Source of the DNA: Nitrososphaerota archaeon
GTDB lineage: Archaea; Thermoproteota; Nitrososphaeria; Nitrososphaerales; Nitrosopumilaceae
Reading direction: 5' to 3'
Length of the DNA: 54,154 nucleotides
Assembly: GCA_016871975.1 (NCBI GenBank)
Contig: VHBM01000001.1
Location: 1-54,154 of the forward strand
Positions within the stretch are counted from its first letter, which is position 1; each line of letters opens with the position of its first letter. This document shows positions 1 through 9,420 of this stretch, piece after piece. Below the pieces are notes generated by a model, which worked only from the letters and a program-made list of their open reading frames with translations, searched no databases and was not told the DNA's origin. The position numbers and the translations under genes are program-made.

Positions 1-686
1 ACATATCACGAAGAATAGATGTTGTTGCAGAAAAAGCTGTTCTTGATTATTTAAAAAAAATCAACTTTGAATGCATTGTTTTAGGCGAGGAATGTGGCCG
101 TGTTGAGTTATCAAATAATCCAAAAGGATATGTGATAATGGATGCAATTGATGGTTCTGCAAACGCAGTGAGAGGAATACCATTTTTTTGCTGCTCACTT
201 GCATTTGCAACAGATGACAAGCTAAGCTCTGTAACTGATGGAGTTGTAACCGATTTGCATACAGGTGATATGTATTGGGCAACAAAAGGAAAGGGTGCAT
301 TTATGAACGAAAAAAAAATTCATGTGCAAAAAACATTGCCAATCTATCGAATTGTTGGAGTTAATATCTCAGGTTCAGACCCAAAGCTAGTCGAGAGACT
401 GCATCCTGTTTTTAAAAGCAGTAATCATACAAGACATCTTGGAGCAAATGCGTTAGAGCTTGCAATGTTTGCTCGGGGTTTGATTGATGTGTATATAGAT
501 CTTAGAGAAAAGATTAGAGTTACTGATATGGCAGCTGGTTACTTGTTAGTAAATGAGGCAGGAGGATTTGTTTTAGATCCTAACTTGAAACCACTTGATT
601 CTGATCTTGGTTATGAAACAAAGTTGTCCTTTATCGCTGCTGCAAATAAGGAAATTCTTGATGAGATTGTATCTCAAATTAAATAA
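1..686 (+). CDS. Inositol monophosphatase / bifunctional FBPase-IMPase family protein (5' truncated by window edge)
   Basis: Frame is open from position 3 (ISRRIDVVAEKAVLDYL...GEE). Metal motif DAIDGSAN, plus R-HLGANALEL and D-MAAG motifs. Confidence 0.9.
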   Translation, partial: ISRRIDVVAEKAVLDYLKKINFECIVLGEECGRVELSNNPKGYVIMDAIDGSANAVRGIPFFCCSLAFATDDKLSSVTDGVVTDLHTGDMYWATKGKGAFMNEKKIHVQKTLPIYRIVGVNISGSDPKLVERLHPVFKSSNHTRHLGANALELAMFARGLIDVYIDLREKIRVTDMAAGYLLVNEAGGFVLDPNLKPLDSDLGYETKLSFIAAANKEILDEIVSQIK

Positions 687-688
687 TG

Positions 689-766
689 TGGCGCCCTTGG
701 CGGGATTTGAACTCGCGTCTCAGCCGTGACAGGGCCGAATTCTAGACCGGACTATACTACAAGGGC
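689..766 (-). tRNA. tRNA-Asp (GTC), CCA encoded
   Basis: Acceptor GCCCTTG/CAAGGGC, anticodon arm CGGCC-CTGTCAC-GGCTG, T loop TTCAAAT, G discriminator then CCA. TTTTAAA box about 26 nt upstream. Confidence 0.95.
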
Positions 767-863
767 GCAGATCAAAAAAACAAAAGTCCCAGTTTAAAAG
801 TTTCGTAAGCTCAAATTTGTTGTAAAAGACTAAATTATACACGTCTGAGAAATTTGCAAGGTG

Positions 864-937
864 GGGTCTGTGGCGCAGCCAGGTAGCGCACCGGACTTTT
901 AATCCGGTTGTCGTGGGTCCAAATCCCACCAGACCCG
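864..937 (+). tRNA. tRNA-Lys (TTT)
   Basis: Acceptor GGGTCTG/CAGACCC, anticodon arm CCGGA-CTTTTAA-TCCGG, T arm GTGGG-TCCAAAT-CCCAC. Confidence 0.95.
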
Positions 938-938
938 C

Positions 939-2393
939 TTATTTTGTAAGGTTTTTGACCTTTAAAGAGAGATTTGAAAACACCATTTTTACTTCATTGC
1001 CTCGTTTTGTTATTCCAGTCTTGTATGCACCAATTTTTCCTACCCTAAATTGAATCATCCTCTTTTGTTCACTAGTTCCAGACGATCCTTGTGATATTCT
1101 GTTGTCAAGTGATGAGCTAATCGAGGTTAAATCTATGATTTTTTTGATTTGTTTTGAGTCAATACCCTTTGTTGATCTTTTAATCTCATCTATAGAGAGT
1201 GCTTCGAGTGGTTTTTTTGAGCTGTGTGCAGTCTTTACGAGATTTCCTACAATCTGGTGAGCTGTCCTAAATGGTATTCCGTTATTGACTAGTTTTTCTG
1301 CTATATCCAGTGCTACAAGATATCCTCCTTCTATTGCTTTTTTGATGTTTTGATTGTCAACGTTTATCTTTTCTAGCATTGATTTTATGACAATAAGTGC
1401 AGTGATTGCGATTCTAGATGAAGACCAAATTGCTGGCTTTATTTGCTGTAAATCTCGATTGTATCCAGATGGAAGCCCCTTTACTATTGAAAGAATGGTT
1501 GTAAGGTTCCCAATTACTTGTGCTGTTTTTCCCCTAGTAAGCTCCAAAATGTCAGGATTTTTCTTTTGAGGCATAACACTTGATGGAGATGTAAATTCGT
1601 CTGGAAGCTCAATAAAGGCAAATTCCGAAGTTGACCATATAACAAAGTCTTCTGCAAGTCGGCTAAGATTTGTCATAAGAATGGCAACTGCTGCGACATA
1701 TTCTATTACATAGTCTCGTGTACTGGTAGCGTCAATCGAGTTTTCTACTATGCCTTTAAAGCCAAGCATCTTTGCTGTACTCTGCCTATCTATTGGAATA
1801 CTTGTTCCTCCAACAGGTCCTGCACCTAGTGGAGATTCATTTACTCGTCCATATGTCACATAGAGTCGCTCAAGATCCCTAAACAAGGCATCTGTATATG
1901 ATAGAAGATAATGTGAAAATAGTCCAACTTGGGCTTGCTGTAGATGTGTATAAAGCGGCATTATGGTTTTCTGATGTTTTTGTGCTAGTGAAACAAGTGT
2001 TTGAATCGTATTCAAAAGACAGTGACATAAAAGATTGATGTCGTCTCGTATTTTCATTCGTATATCAAGTGATACTTGATCATTTCGAGAGCGGCCTGTA
2101 TGCATTTTGCCACCACTTTCTAGCCCAATTTTTTTGATAACATGTTGTTCAATTAGTTCGTGAATGTCTTCAGAATCAGATTTTTTATCAAATTTTTCTT
2201 TTTTTAATTTTTCAAGTGCTAGAAGAATTTTTTTTGCCTCACTTTTTGTTATGATTTTTTTTTCATAAAGCATTATCACATGTGCTTGAGTGCCAACTAT
2301 ATCATAAAATGCAATTTCTGCGTCATCAAAAAGTGATGAAACATATTCTAATGTAATGTCGTTAAGATTATTTTTCAGTCGAGACCGATACAT
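939..2393 (-). CDS. argH: Argininosuccinate lyase
   Basis: EDIHE, HTGRSRNDQ, YTHLQQAQ and SSVMPQKKNP fumarate-lyase signature. Start probably MYRSRL (2393); ORF extends to 2426. Confidence 0.97.
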   Translation of the reverse strand: MYRSRLKNNLNDITLEYVSSLFDDAEIAFYDIVGTQAHVIMLYEKKIITKSEAKKILLALEKLKKEKFDKKSDSEDIHELIEQHVIKKIGLESGGKMHTGRSRNDQVSLDIRMKIRDDINLLCHCLLNTIQTLVSLAQKHQKTIMPLYTHLQQAQVGLFSHYLLSYTDALFRDLERLYVTYGRVNESPLGAGPVGGTSIPIDRQSTAKMLGFKGIVENSIDATSTRDYVIEYVAAVAILMTNLSRLAEDFVIWSTSEFAFIELPDEFTSPSSVMPQKKNPDILELTRGKTAQVIGNLTTILSIVKGLPSGYNRDLQQIKPAIWSSSRIAITALIVIKSMLEKINVDNQNIKKAIEGGYLVALDIAEKLVNNGIPFRTAHQIVGNLVKTAHSSKKPLEALSIDEIKRSTKGIDSKQIKKIIDLTSISSSLDNRISQGSSGTSEQKRMIQFRVGKIGAYKTGITKRGNEVKMVFSNLSLKVKNLTK

Positions 2394-2443
2394 TACCATA
2401 AAGTTTAGAATGGTTATATATAGCATAGACGCTTTTTTTTATA

Positions 2444-2770
2444 ATGGCACAAGATCTCAAACAATTACGTGTACAAATTTTTGATGAGTTATCAAAGATT
2501 GTGGATCCTGAAATTAACACATCAATTACTGAGCTAGAATTAATTGATGAGGTTGATATCAATAACTCTAATGTCAAAGTAGACTTGCATCTTACCAGTC
2601 CATTTTGTCCTGCAGTTTTTGGATTCAAAATATGTCAAGACATTCATGATAATCTATTGAAAATTGATGGTATTGATGATGTCAAAGTTAATGTGTCAAA
2701 TCATTTTATGTCCGAAGCAATCAACAACCAAGTAAACAATAGTCCCAATCCAAAAAAACCTAAAACCTAG
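2444..2770 (+). CDS. Metal-sulfur cluster assembly factor (DUF59/SufT/PaaD-like)
   Basis: DPE...I-x-ELELI...LTSPFCP motif; adjacent to sdhB. Confidence 0.9.
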   Translation: MAQDLKQLRVQIFDELSKIVDPEINTSITELELIDEVDINNSNVKVDLHLTSPFCPAVFGFKICQDIHDNLLKIDGIDDVKVNVSNHFMSEAINNQVNNSPNPKKPKT

Positions 2771-3531
2771 CGTCTAAAACCTAGCAGATATCCTCTTAGC
2801 AACTGTATTCCCATAGCAGGATCTACTCCTTTTGGGCATACCATGCTACAAGAGCCAGCAAAGTGGCATCGCCATATACCATGAGGCTCGTCGATTATTT
2901 TGAGTCGTTCGTTTTTTCCCTTGTCTCTTGAATCTGCGATATAGCGATATGCCTGTGCAAGGGCCTGTGGGCCAATAAATGATGAATCTGTAGCCATTGT
3001 AGGGCAAGCTGAATTGCAAAGACCGCATTTTATGCAACTTGAAAACTGGATGTATTTTTCTACTTCCTCTGGTGTTTGTAAAAATTCCTTTGTTTTTGAA
3101 GTAATCTCAGAATCATCTCTTACGATATATGGTTTTAATTTTTTATGAGTTGAAAACATTCTATCAAAGTTAACTGCCAAGTCTCGAATTACAGGAAAGT
3201 TGTTCATTGGCTCAACTGTAACTACATCAGAATTAAGCTCAACAATTTTAGTAAAACATGCCAATCTTGGTTTGCCATTGATTATCATACCGCAAGAGCC
3301 ACATGTTGCTTGTCTACAAGAATATCTTACGCCAACAGAATGATCAAAGTGTTTTTTCACTTCTAAAATTGCATCTAATACAGTAGTCCATTTCTCGTAT
3401 GGAACTTTGAATTCCATAAATGATTTTGCAGTGCCTGTTTGTGGATTAGATCTTGAAATTCTCAGTATAATTGATTTTGGCGATGAGACAATAGTTTGTG
3501 ATTCTTCTTCTGAGATCTGTGTTGTAGACAT
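2767..3531 (-). CDS. sdhB: Succinate dehydrogenase iron-sulfur subunit
   Basis: SCRQATCGSC, CIKCGLCNSACP and CHFAGSCSMVCP cluster motifs. Confidence 0.97.
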   Translation of the reverse strand: MSTTQISEEESQTIVSSPKSIILRISRSNPQTGTAKSFMEFKVPYEKWTTVLDAILEVKKHFDHSVGVRYSCRQATCGSCGMIINGKPRLACFTKIVELNSDVVTVEPMNNFPVIRDLAVNFDRMFSTHKKLKPYIVRDDSEITSKTKEFLQTPEEVEKYIQFSSCIKCGLCNSACPTMATDSSFIGPQALAQAYRYIADSRDKGKNERLKIIDEPHGIWRCHFAGSCSMVCPKGVDPAMGIQLLRGYLLGFRR

Positions 3532-3535
3532 TTTT

Positions 3536-3880
3536 TCAGCTCATCCCCATGCTTGCCAGTATTATAGTACGTGAGCCATATGCAATTACAGCAACCATTG
3601 CCGCAATACAGCCATATGTAACGGCCTTTTCATATCCTCTTCCTTGTTTTAACTCTAGCAGTATAACCCTAAGACCATTAAATCCATGAATTGAAATCAA
3701 AACTAGAATTAATTCAAGTACAAGTGCGTATGGTAAAAATTCATAGTTTGCAATAACGCTTTCGTATTGTAATGACTTGGAAAATTCTTGAGTTAGTCTG
3801 AATAAAATATGTACTGCCACAAGAGCCACTGCTCCCAAGGCGGTTCCATAATGCACTTTCATTACTATGCTTTCGCGCAT
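3536..3880 (-). CDS. sdhD: Succinate dehydrogenase membrane anchor subunit
   Basis: Three TM helices, HGFNGLR heme-ligand motif, position in sdh operon. Start MRES (3880) is likely. Confidence 0.88.
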   Translation of the reverse strand: MRESIVMKVHYGTALGAVALVAVHILFRLTQEFSKSLQYESVIANYEFLPYALVLELILVLISIHGFNGLRVILLELKQGRGYEKAVTYGCIAAMVAVIAYGSRTIILASMGMS

Positions 3881-3881
3881 T

Positions 3882-4313
3882 TTATTCACCAAACATTACT
3901 CCAAGGCCGTACATCATTGCAAGCGCTGCAAGTCCAATTGATGCGTAGATGCACAGTTTGTTTTTCATGTTAATTGAGCGTGGCGTGTATGGATAATCAG
4001 GCCTTCCTGGCTTTCCTACGCCTATTCCACCATGACCAAGCATTAGTCTTATTCCATTTGCTGTATGAAATACACACATTCCAATTACAATTGCTAGAAT
4101 GATGTGTCCTTCAGTTGTCTGCGTAAGATCTAGCATTTTTTCCCATGCTGCTTTTCCATTTAGTATGGTACTTGTTTCATAAATGTGAGCTATAAAATAA
4201 ACAAGCAATCCAATACCTGTAAGTCTCATCAACCAGTATGCAAAACGCTCAATGCCATAGCGGCCTGGATTTAACCATCCTTTGATTCCTTCTTTATTTT
4301 CTTGTTTTTCCAT
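3882..4313 (-). CDS. sdhC: Succinate dehydrogenase cytochrome b subunit
   Basis: RLTG...H and HTANGIR motifs, three TM helices. Confidence 0.9.
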   Translation of the reverse strand: MEKQENKEGIKGWLNPGRYGIERFAYWLMRLTGIGLLVYFIAHIYETSTILNGKAAWEKMLDLTQTTEGHIILAIVIGMCVFHTANGIRLMLGHGGIGVGKPGRPDYPYTPRSINMKNKLCIYASIGLAALAMMYGLGVMFGE

Positions 4314-6026
4314 CTAGTATTTTCTCTCTACTGGTTTGTATTTTGTTATTGTTACTGGGTGCTTTCTCATAATTGGCTCCTTTGGATCATAATATGCTAG
4401 TGTGTGATGTAAGAAGTTTACATCGTCTCTTGTTGGATAGTCTGTTCTTGCATGTGAGCCTCGTGATTCTCTTCTGTTAATAGCTCCTATGAGCACGACT
4501 TCTGCAACCCTAAACATTGAATCAATCTCCATAACATTTGTAAAGTTTGTATTGTATTCTTTTGCCTTATCGTCAACATGTTTCCACATTTTATCACGCA
4601 GTTCACGCAATTTTTTTAACCCAGCAGTAAGATCTGTTTCATTTCTATAGACATAGGCCTTGTCATTCATTGTATCAGTTAGTTCTTGTCGTATCTCATA
4701 TGGGTTAACATCACCACGTCCACGAAATATTCCATCATAGATTCTTTTTTCTTCTGCATCAACTAGATGCAAAGGAAATGGTGTTGATGGTATACCTCGT
4801 TGGATATAGTCCACTGCGAGCTCACCAGTTATTCTACCCCAAACTATACATTCAGAGGTAGAGTTTGCGCCAAGACGATTAGAACCATGTACACTATTAC
4901 ACGCTGCTTCGCCTGCAGCCCATACACCTTGAAGCTCTGTAGCTCCATCTATGTTAGTATGAATACCACCCATCATGTAGTGACAAACCGGCCTTACGTC
5001 AATGGGCTCGGTAGCGGGATCAATCCCAGAAAACTTGAGCGAGATTTCACGGATGCCACCTAGCTTTTCTTTGATAACCTCATCGCCTATATGTCGCAAG
5101 TCTAGTTTTAGGCAATCAACCCCAGTTTCATGGTGAAATCCACGACCTTCATTCATTTCGGTCATCATTGCTCGTGAGACAATATCTCTTGGTGCTAGCT
5201 CCATTTTACCTGCGGCATATCTTTTCATGAATCTCTCTCCATCTTTATTGAGAAGATAACCGCCTTCTCCTCTTGCACCTTCAGTTATCAATATTCCAGA
5301 TGGTAAAATTCCTGTGGGATGAAATTGAACAAACTCCATATCTTTTAGTGCCATTCCTGCCCGGTAGGCCATATCAAGACCATCTGGAGTAGATGAAAGT
5401 GCATATGTTGAATAGCTGTATATTCTGCCAGCACCACCAGTTGAGATTATCATTGCTTTTGCTTTTATTGTATAAAATGTGCCATTTGAAAGCTCAATTG
5501 CCGTTATTCCCAAGAACCGCTGTCCATCATGAATAATTGATGTTGCGTACCATTCGTTTAGAAATTCAATATTATCAAATTTTTGACATGTGTCATACAA
5601 TGTCTGCATTTCAAAAAATCCTACCTTGTCTGCAGCATAAGTTGCTCTTGGGAAACTATATCCACCAAAATTTCTCTGGTCAACTCTTCCATCTTTTCTT
5701 CTAGACCATGGCATTCCCCAATGTTCTAACTGTAGAATCTCTTTTGGTATTTCAGTGCAAAGCCTTTCAGCTACATCTTGATCTGCAAGAAAGTCACTGC
5801 CCTTGATTGTATCATAAATATGCGATTCAATTGTATCTACCTCATCTTCAAATAATACAGCTGCTGTACCACCTTCTGCTGAAACCGAATGTGAACGCAT
5901 TACTTGTACTTTGGAGATAACTGCGATCTTTATTTTCGAACTTTTTTTTGCTGCGGCAATTGCTGCTCTCAGACCAGCAAGACCAGAACCGACTATAATC
6001 AAATCATATTCGATAGAATTGACCAT
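4314..6026 (-). CDS. sdhA: Succinate dehydrogenase flavoprotein subunit
   Basis: GSGLAG, RSHSVSAEGG (FAD-attachment His), QFHPT, TEGARGEGG, HGSNRLGANS. Confidence 0.98.
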   Translation of the reverse strand: MVNSIEYDLIIVGSGLAGLRAAIAAAKKSSKIKIAVISKVQVMRSHSVSAEGGTAAVLFEDEVDTIESHIYDTIKGSDFLADQDVAERLCTEIPKEILQLEHWGMPWSRRKDGRVDQRNFGGYSFPRATYAADKVGFFEMQTLYDTCQKFDNIEFLNEWYATSIIHDGQRFLGITAIELSNGTFYTIKAKAMIISTGGAGRIYSYSTYALSSTPDGLDMAYRAGMALKDMEFVQFHPTGILPSGILITEGARGEGGYLLNKDGERFMKRYAAGKMELAPRDIVSRAMMTEMNEGRGFHHETGVDCLKLDLRHIGDEVIKEKLGGIREISLKFSGIDPATEPIDVRPVCHYMMGGIHTNIDGATELQGVWAAGEAACNSVHGSNRLGANSTSECIVWGRITGELAVDYIQRGIPSTPFPLHLVDAEEKRIYDGIFRGRGDVNPYEIRQELTDTMNDKAYVYRNETDLTAGLKKLRELRDKMWKHVDDKAKEYNTNFTNVMEIDSMFRVAEVVLIGAINRRESRGSHARTDYPTRDDVNFLHHTLAYYDPKEPIMRKHPVTITKYKPVERKY

Positions 6027-6109
6027 TTACCGACATCTAACCTCTAGAATCCGGATAAATATGTATTATAAAATATCACAATAAATCCTCAAAACCGAAT
6101 CATTAATAT

Positions 6110-6131
6110 ATATCGCTAGCGATATCGCTAG
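6110..6131. promoter_or_regulatory. Overlapping palindromes, putative PadR autoregulatory operator
   Basis: Perfect 16-bp palindromes ATATCGCTAGCGATAT (6110-6125) and CTAGCGATATCGCTAG (6116-6131) between a TATA-like TTAATATA and the padR start. Confidence 0.6.
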
Positions 6132-6133
6132 TG

Positions 6134-6640
6134 ATGTGTGCTAATTGGATGCAACGAGTCGGCAGTACAATTCCAAGGGGTTTTTCTAGATATTTTATCT
6201 TGGAACTTCTCAAAAAAAAGCCGCTTAGTGGAAAGGATATAATTGATTCTGCAGTAAAACAAAGCGAAGGCAAGTGGAAGCCATCTCCTGGTTTGATCTA
6301 TCCTCTTCTTGGAAGATTGCTTGATGAAGGATTGATTGAAGAATCAAAGGATGGCAAATATCAGATCACACGAAAAGGCAAATCCACTGCAGATGATCTT
6401 GAGACTTTCACAAATATTGTAAAAAACCAGCTTGATGTTTTGTTTAGAATAGGAAACGTTGGCCGATTTGCTGCAATGGACATACTTGAAAGAATATCAA
6501 CTATGGCTTCAATGCTTAGCTCTAATATGTCTAATATGACAAAAGAAGAAACCGAAAAATATAGAAAATTTCTCCAATCAGAGCTTAAAAAAATCGATGA
6601 GTCTGATAAGAAAAAAGGCAAAGATGTTAAAATCGAGTAA
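6134..6640 (+). CDS. PadR family transcriptional regulator
   Basis: ILELL-x-KKPLSG, WKPSPGLIYPLL-x-RL-x-x-EGLI, YQITRKG winged-helix motifs. ATG at 6134; GTG at 6131 is in frame. Confidence 0.93.
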   Translation: MCANWMQRVGSTIPRGFSRYFILELLKKKPLSGKDIIDSAVKQSEGKWKPSPGLIYPLLGRLLDEGLIEESKDGKYQITRKGKSTADDLETFTNIVKNQLDVLFRIGNVGRFAAMDILERISTMASMLSSNMSNMTKEETEKYRKFLQSELKKIDESDKKKGKDVKIE

Positions 6641-6642
6641 AA

Positions 6643-7503
6643 CTAGAAATCTTTTATTTGTTTTAATAGTTCTTTGCTTCTATGAATCAAATTTTCAACA
6701 TAGCAATCAGACATCCATCCATTATCTATTCTATGAAATGTAACAGCTTGACATTTGAGATTATATTCGTATTTACTGTTATCATATATCCAATCAAACC
6801 CATTACTTATATCAACTGTTGGATAACCATGTCCCCGAACTAAAGTAATTGAATTTGTATCATAATCTACTGCAATTTCAGCATACAAAGCATTTGGGTA
6901 AAGATAGATCACTTTTGGGTGTTTTGTAATTGCGTCAAACTCATTACGTGTTACGTATTCGTTATGTAAGAGTATTACCTTATCGTATTTGGAAAGTATG
7001 TTTGGATCTTCATCAACGGCAATATCTGTAATAATTGGATATCCAAGTAGACTAAAGACTTGAACAGCATTACCACTTGCTTGATAAGTAAGATCATATT
7101 CATCTTTTAATTCAACAGTAAGACATTCCATACCACACTCTCCTCTGTAATATGTGTAAAAACCAGGTTCTGAATATGCTGCTGCTGTAAATATAGGATA
7201 AATTACTACTGATCTTTTTGGTCCATATGAAATTCCTATTTCTTTGTAAAGTTCTGCAAATTCTGGATTTAATTCATATTTTGCATTACGCCAAATTTTT
7301 TCTCCATCTACTATCTCATAATCATCTTCATATCCATATAACGCAAATAATGATGGTGCGTCTATTTTGACTAGTTTTTTGTCATCAGAGGATTCTGTAA
7401 TGGGTGTTTTTCCTTCATTATTTTCTACCGTCATAAGATAATAGGAAATTCCAGCAATTATCGCGATTACAACTCCAACTAGTAGAAAAATTTTCTGATT
7501 CAA
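6643..7503 (-). CDS. Membrane-anchored thaumarchaeal surface protein; paralogue of 31079..32206
   Basis: N-terminal TM/signal segment. C-terminal domain (PIFTAAAY, EPGFYTYYR, LHNEYVT, IYLYPNALY) is shared with 31079..32206. Confidence 0.8.
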   Translation of the reverse strand: MNQKIFLLVGVVIAIIAGISYYLMTVENNEGKTPITESSDDKKLVKIDAPSLFALYGYEDDYEIVDGEKIWRNAKYELNPEFAELYKEIGISYGPKRSVVIYPIFTAAAYSEPGFYTYYRGECGMECLTVELKDEYDLTYQASGNAVQVFSLLGYPIITDIAVDEDPNILSKYDKVILLHNEYVTRNEFDAITKHPKVIYLYPNALYAEIAVDYDTNSITLVRGHGYPTVDISNGFDWIYDNSKYEYNLKCQAVTFHRIDNGWMSDCYVENLIHRSKELLKQIKDF

Positions 7504-7583
7504 TGTATTCAGTTTTAAAATTGTTAATTAGATTTATTATTTATTGATTAACTCATAAATAATTCACATATCAACGTCTAGCA

Positions 7584-8462
7584 TTGAAAAATCTTCGACG
7601 TATGATAAATGACACATCAAAACCACTTGTCATACCTGGTGTTTTTGATGCAATTGGTGCAAAGATTGCACAAAAAGTTGGATTTGAGGCAATGTTTCAA
7701 ACAGGCTATGGCACTTCAGCTACACTTTTTGGGATGCCAGACTATGGATTTATTGGCTCAACTGAAACTGTAGAAAACGCTAGAAGAATTTGTCGTGCAG
7801 TAACTGTTCCTGTCATAGTTGATGCAGATACGGGTTATGGCAATGCACTAAGTGTTTGGAAGTTAGTAAATGAGTTAGAATCAGCTGGCGCTTCTGGAAT
7901 TTTTCTTGAGGATCAAAAATGGCCAAAGAGATGTGGTCATATGTCAGGAAAAGATGTTATCAGAAAAGAAGAGTATGCAGAAAAGCTAGCTGCTGCAGTA
8001 GATGCAAGAAAAAGCAAAGACTTCATCATAGTAGCAAGAACCGATGCACGTGCTACTCAAGGACTAGGTGATGCAATTGAGCGTGGATTATACTACAAAA
8101 AGATTGGTGCAGATGCAATTTTTGTCGAAGCACCAAAAACTATAGCTGAAATGAAAAAAATTGGTAAATCAATCAAAGCACCTCTTGTTGCAAATATGAT
8201 CGAAGGCGGTGCTACACCGATTAGCTCAGCATCAACACTGCACAAAATGGGATTTAAAATAATTCTTTATCCATTGTCTGTTCTTTATGCAAACGCGTAT
8301 GCATCGCTGCAGATACTAAAAGAGCTAAAAAGAACTGGAACCACTACTAAATTTCACAAAAAACTTGTAAACTTTGAACAATTCAATGATCTTGTTGATT
8401 TGCCAAAGTTTAGAAAGTTAGAATCAAGATATGGTTTTTCAACAAAAAGAAAAAATGTCTAG
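7584..8462 (+). CDS. Isocitrate lyase/PEP mutase family enzyme (PrpB-like)
   Basis: DADTGYG, LEDQ-x-x-PKRCGH, ARTDA and GADAIFVEA motifs. Confidence 0.9.
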   Translation: MKNLRRMINDTSKPLVIPGVFDAIGAKIAQKVGFEAMFQTGYGTSATLFGMPDYGFIGSTETVENARRICRAVTVPVIVDADTGYGNALSVWKLVNELESAGASGIFLEDQKWPKRCGHMSGKDVIRKEEYAEKLAAAVDARKSKDFIIVARTDARATQGLGDAIERGLYYKKIGADAIFVEAPKTIAEMKKIGKSIKAPLVANMIEGGATPISSASTLHKMGFKIILYPLSVLYANAYASLQILKELKRTGTTTKFHKKLVNFEQFNDLVDLPKFRKLESRYGFSTKRKNV

Positions 8463-8471
8463 TAAAGAGGT

Positions 8472-8753
8472 CTAGTTTCTCTTTACCGCAATTTCTATGG
8501 TGGAAACGTTTCTTGTTTTTCCGTCTTGTGACTCTAGTGATTCAGAGCCTATTTTGATATCGCCGATAGAGTATCCAGCATTTTCTGTTTTGCGTGCAAT
8601 GATTTGTGCAACGTCTACTGCTCGTCCAATACTGAGTCCTCTTGCTTTGATAGTCACTTGTGGCAAGTTAGCCAATTGAATTAGCGTCGATGTTACATAC
8701 GCCATTAGTGGTTTCTTACCGATGTATATGGTGTCTCTGTTTTCGGTAGACAT
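8472..8753 (-). CDS. albA: DNA/RNA-binding protein Alba
   Basis: IYIGKKPLMAYV, KARG-x-x-I-x-RAVDVA, VSTIEI. Confidence 0.95.
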   Translation of the reverse strand: MSTENRDTIYIGKKPLMAYVTSTLIQLANLPQVTIKARGLSIGRAVDVAQIIARKTENAGYSIGDIKIGSESLESQDGKTRNVSTIEIAVKRN

Positions 8754-8866
8754 GCGACATTTATGATTTGAGGATAATTTAAATCTAAGATTACAAGTTT
8801 GATAAAAAAAATTATGGTTTTACGAAAATTTTTAGATACGGCTTTTTCTATACATATAAGATTTTA

Positions 8867-9418
8867 ATGAATGCGTCATTTGGAAAAATATTACAAATTT
8901 TAGACCATGGAACAAAAGAAGAAAAAATCGATGTGCTAGAATCCTTGGTTAGCACAAATGAACCTCAGATAATCAATAAAATGATTTCAAAACTAGATGA
9001 TCCTGATATCGAAGTTAGAGGAGAAGTGTTTAGTGCGCTGGTATTAAACAATAACAAAATTGCACGAGTCTTAATTGATAATCTAAATTCTGAGAGTAAG
9101 AATGTTAGAGGATTTACCGCATTAATTCTTGCAAATAGAAAAGAAATGAGTGCGATTCCTTTGCTTATCAATTTGACAAAAGATTCAAGCTCAATGGTAC
9201 GCTCATGTGCAGTAGGTGCGTTAGGATATCTAAATGCAAAAAATGCACAGCAAGCTATTCATGACTGCTTGTTTGATTCTAATATCGAAGTAAAAAAAAG
9301 TGCAATCAAGGCAGCAATTGATATTGATTACAAAATTTCTGAAAAAGAAATTAATGAAATCACAAAAGATAGAGATGATGAGATTACTAGTCTTTTAGCT
9401 CTAATTAAAAGGAAATAG
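8867..9418 (+). CDS. HEAT-repeat protein
   Basis: Repeated L-x-D-x-x-x-x-VR-x-x-A-x-x-AL units. Confidence 0.85.
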   Translation: MNASFGKILQILDHGTKEEKIDVLESLVSTNEPQIINKMISKLDDPDIEVRGEVFSALVLNNNKIARVLIDNLNSESKNVRGFTALILANRKEMSAIPLLINLTKDSSSMVRSCAVGALGYLNAKNAQQAIHDCLFDSNIEVKKSAIKAAIDIDYKISEKEINEITKDRDDEITSLLALIKRK

Positions 9419-9420
9419 AA

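Noticed and set aside
720..929. ORFs overlapping tRNAs (720..929, 10354..10656) and the many short antisense ORFs in the track
   Set aside because: They are shadows of tRNA genes or of well-supported CDSs, with no motifs of their own.
6052..6060. CGGATAAAT shared upstream of sdhA and ferredoxin (21613-21621) as an Fe-S regulon motif
   Set aside because: Only 9 bp, mostly AT, and at different distances from the start codons; chance cannot be excluded.
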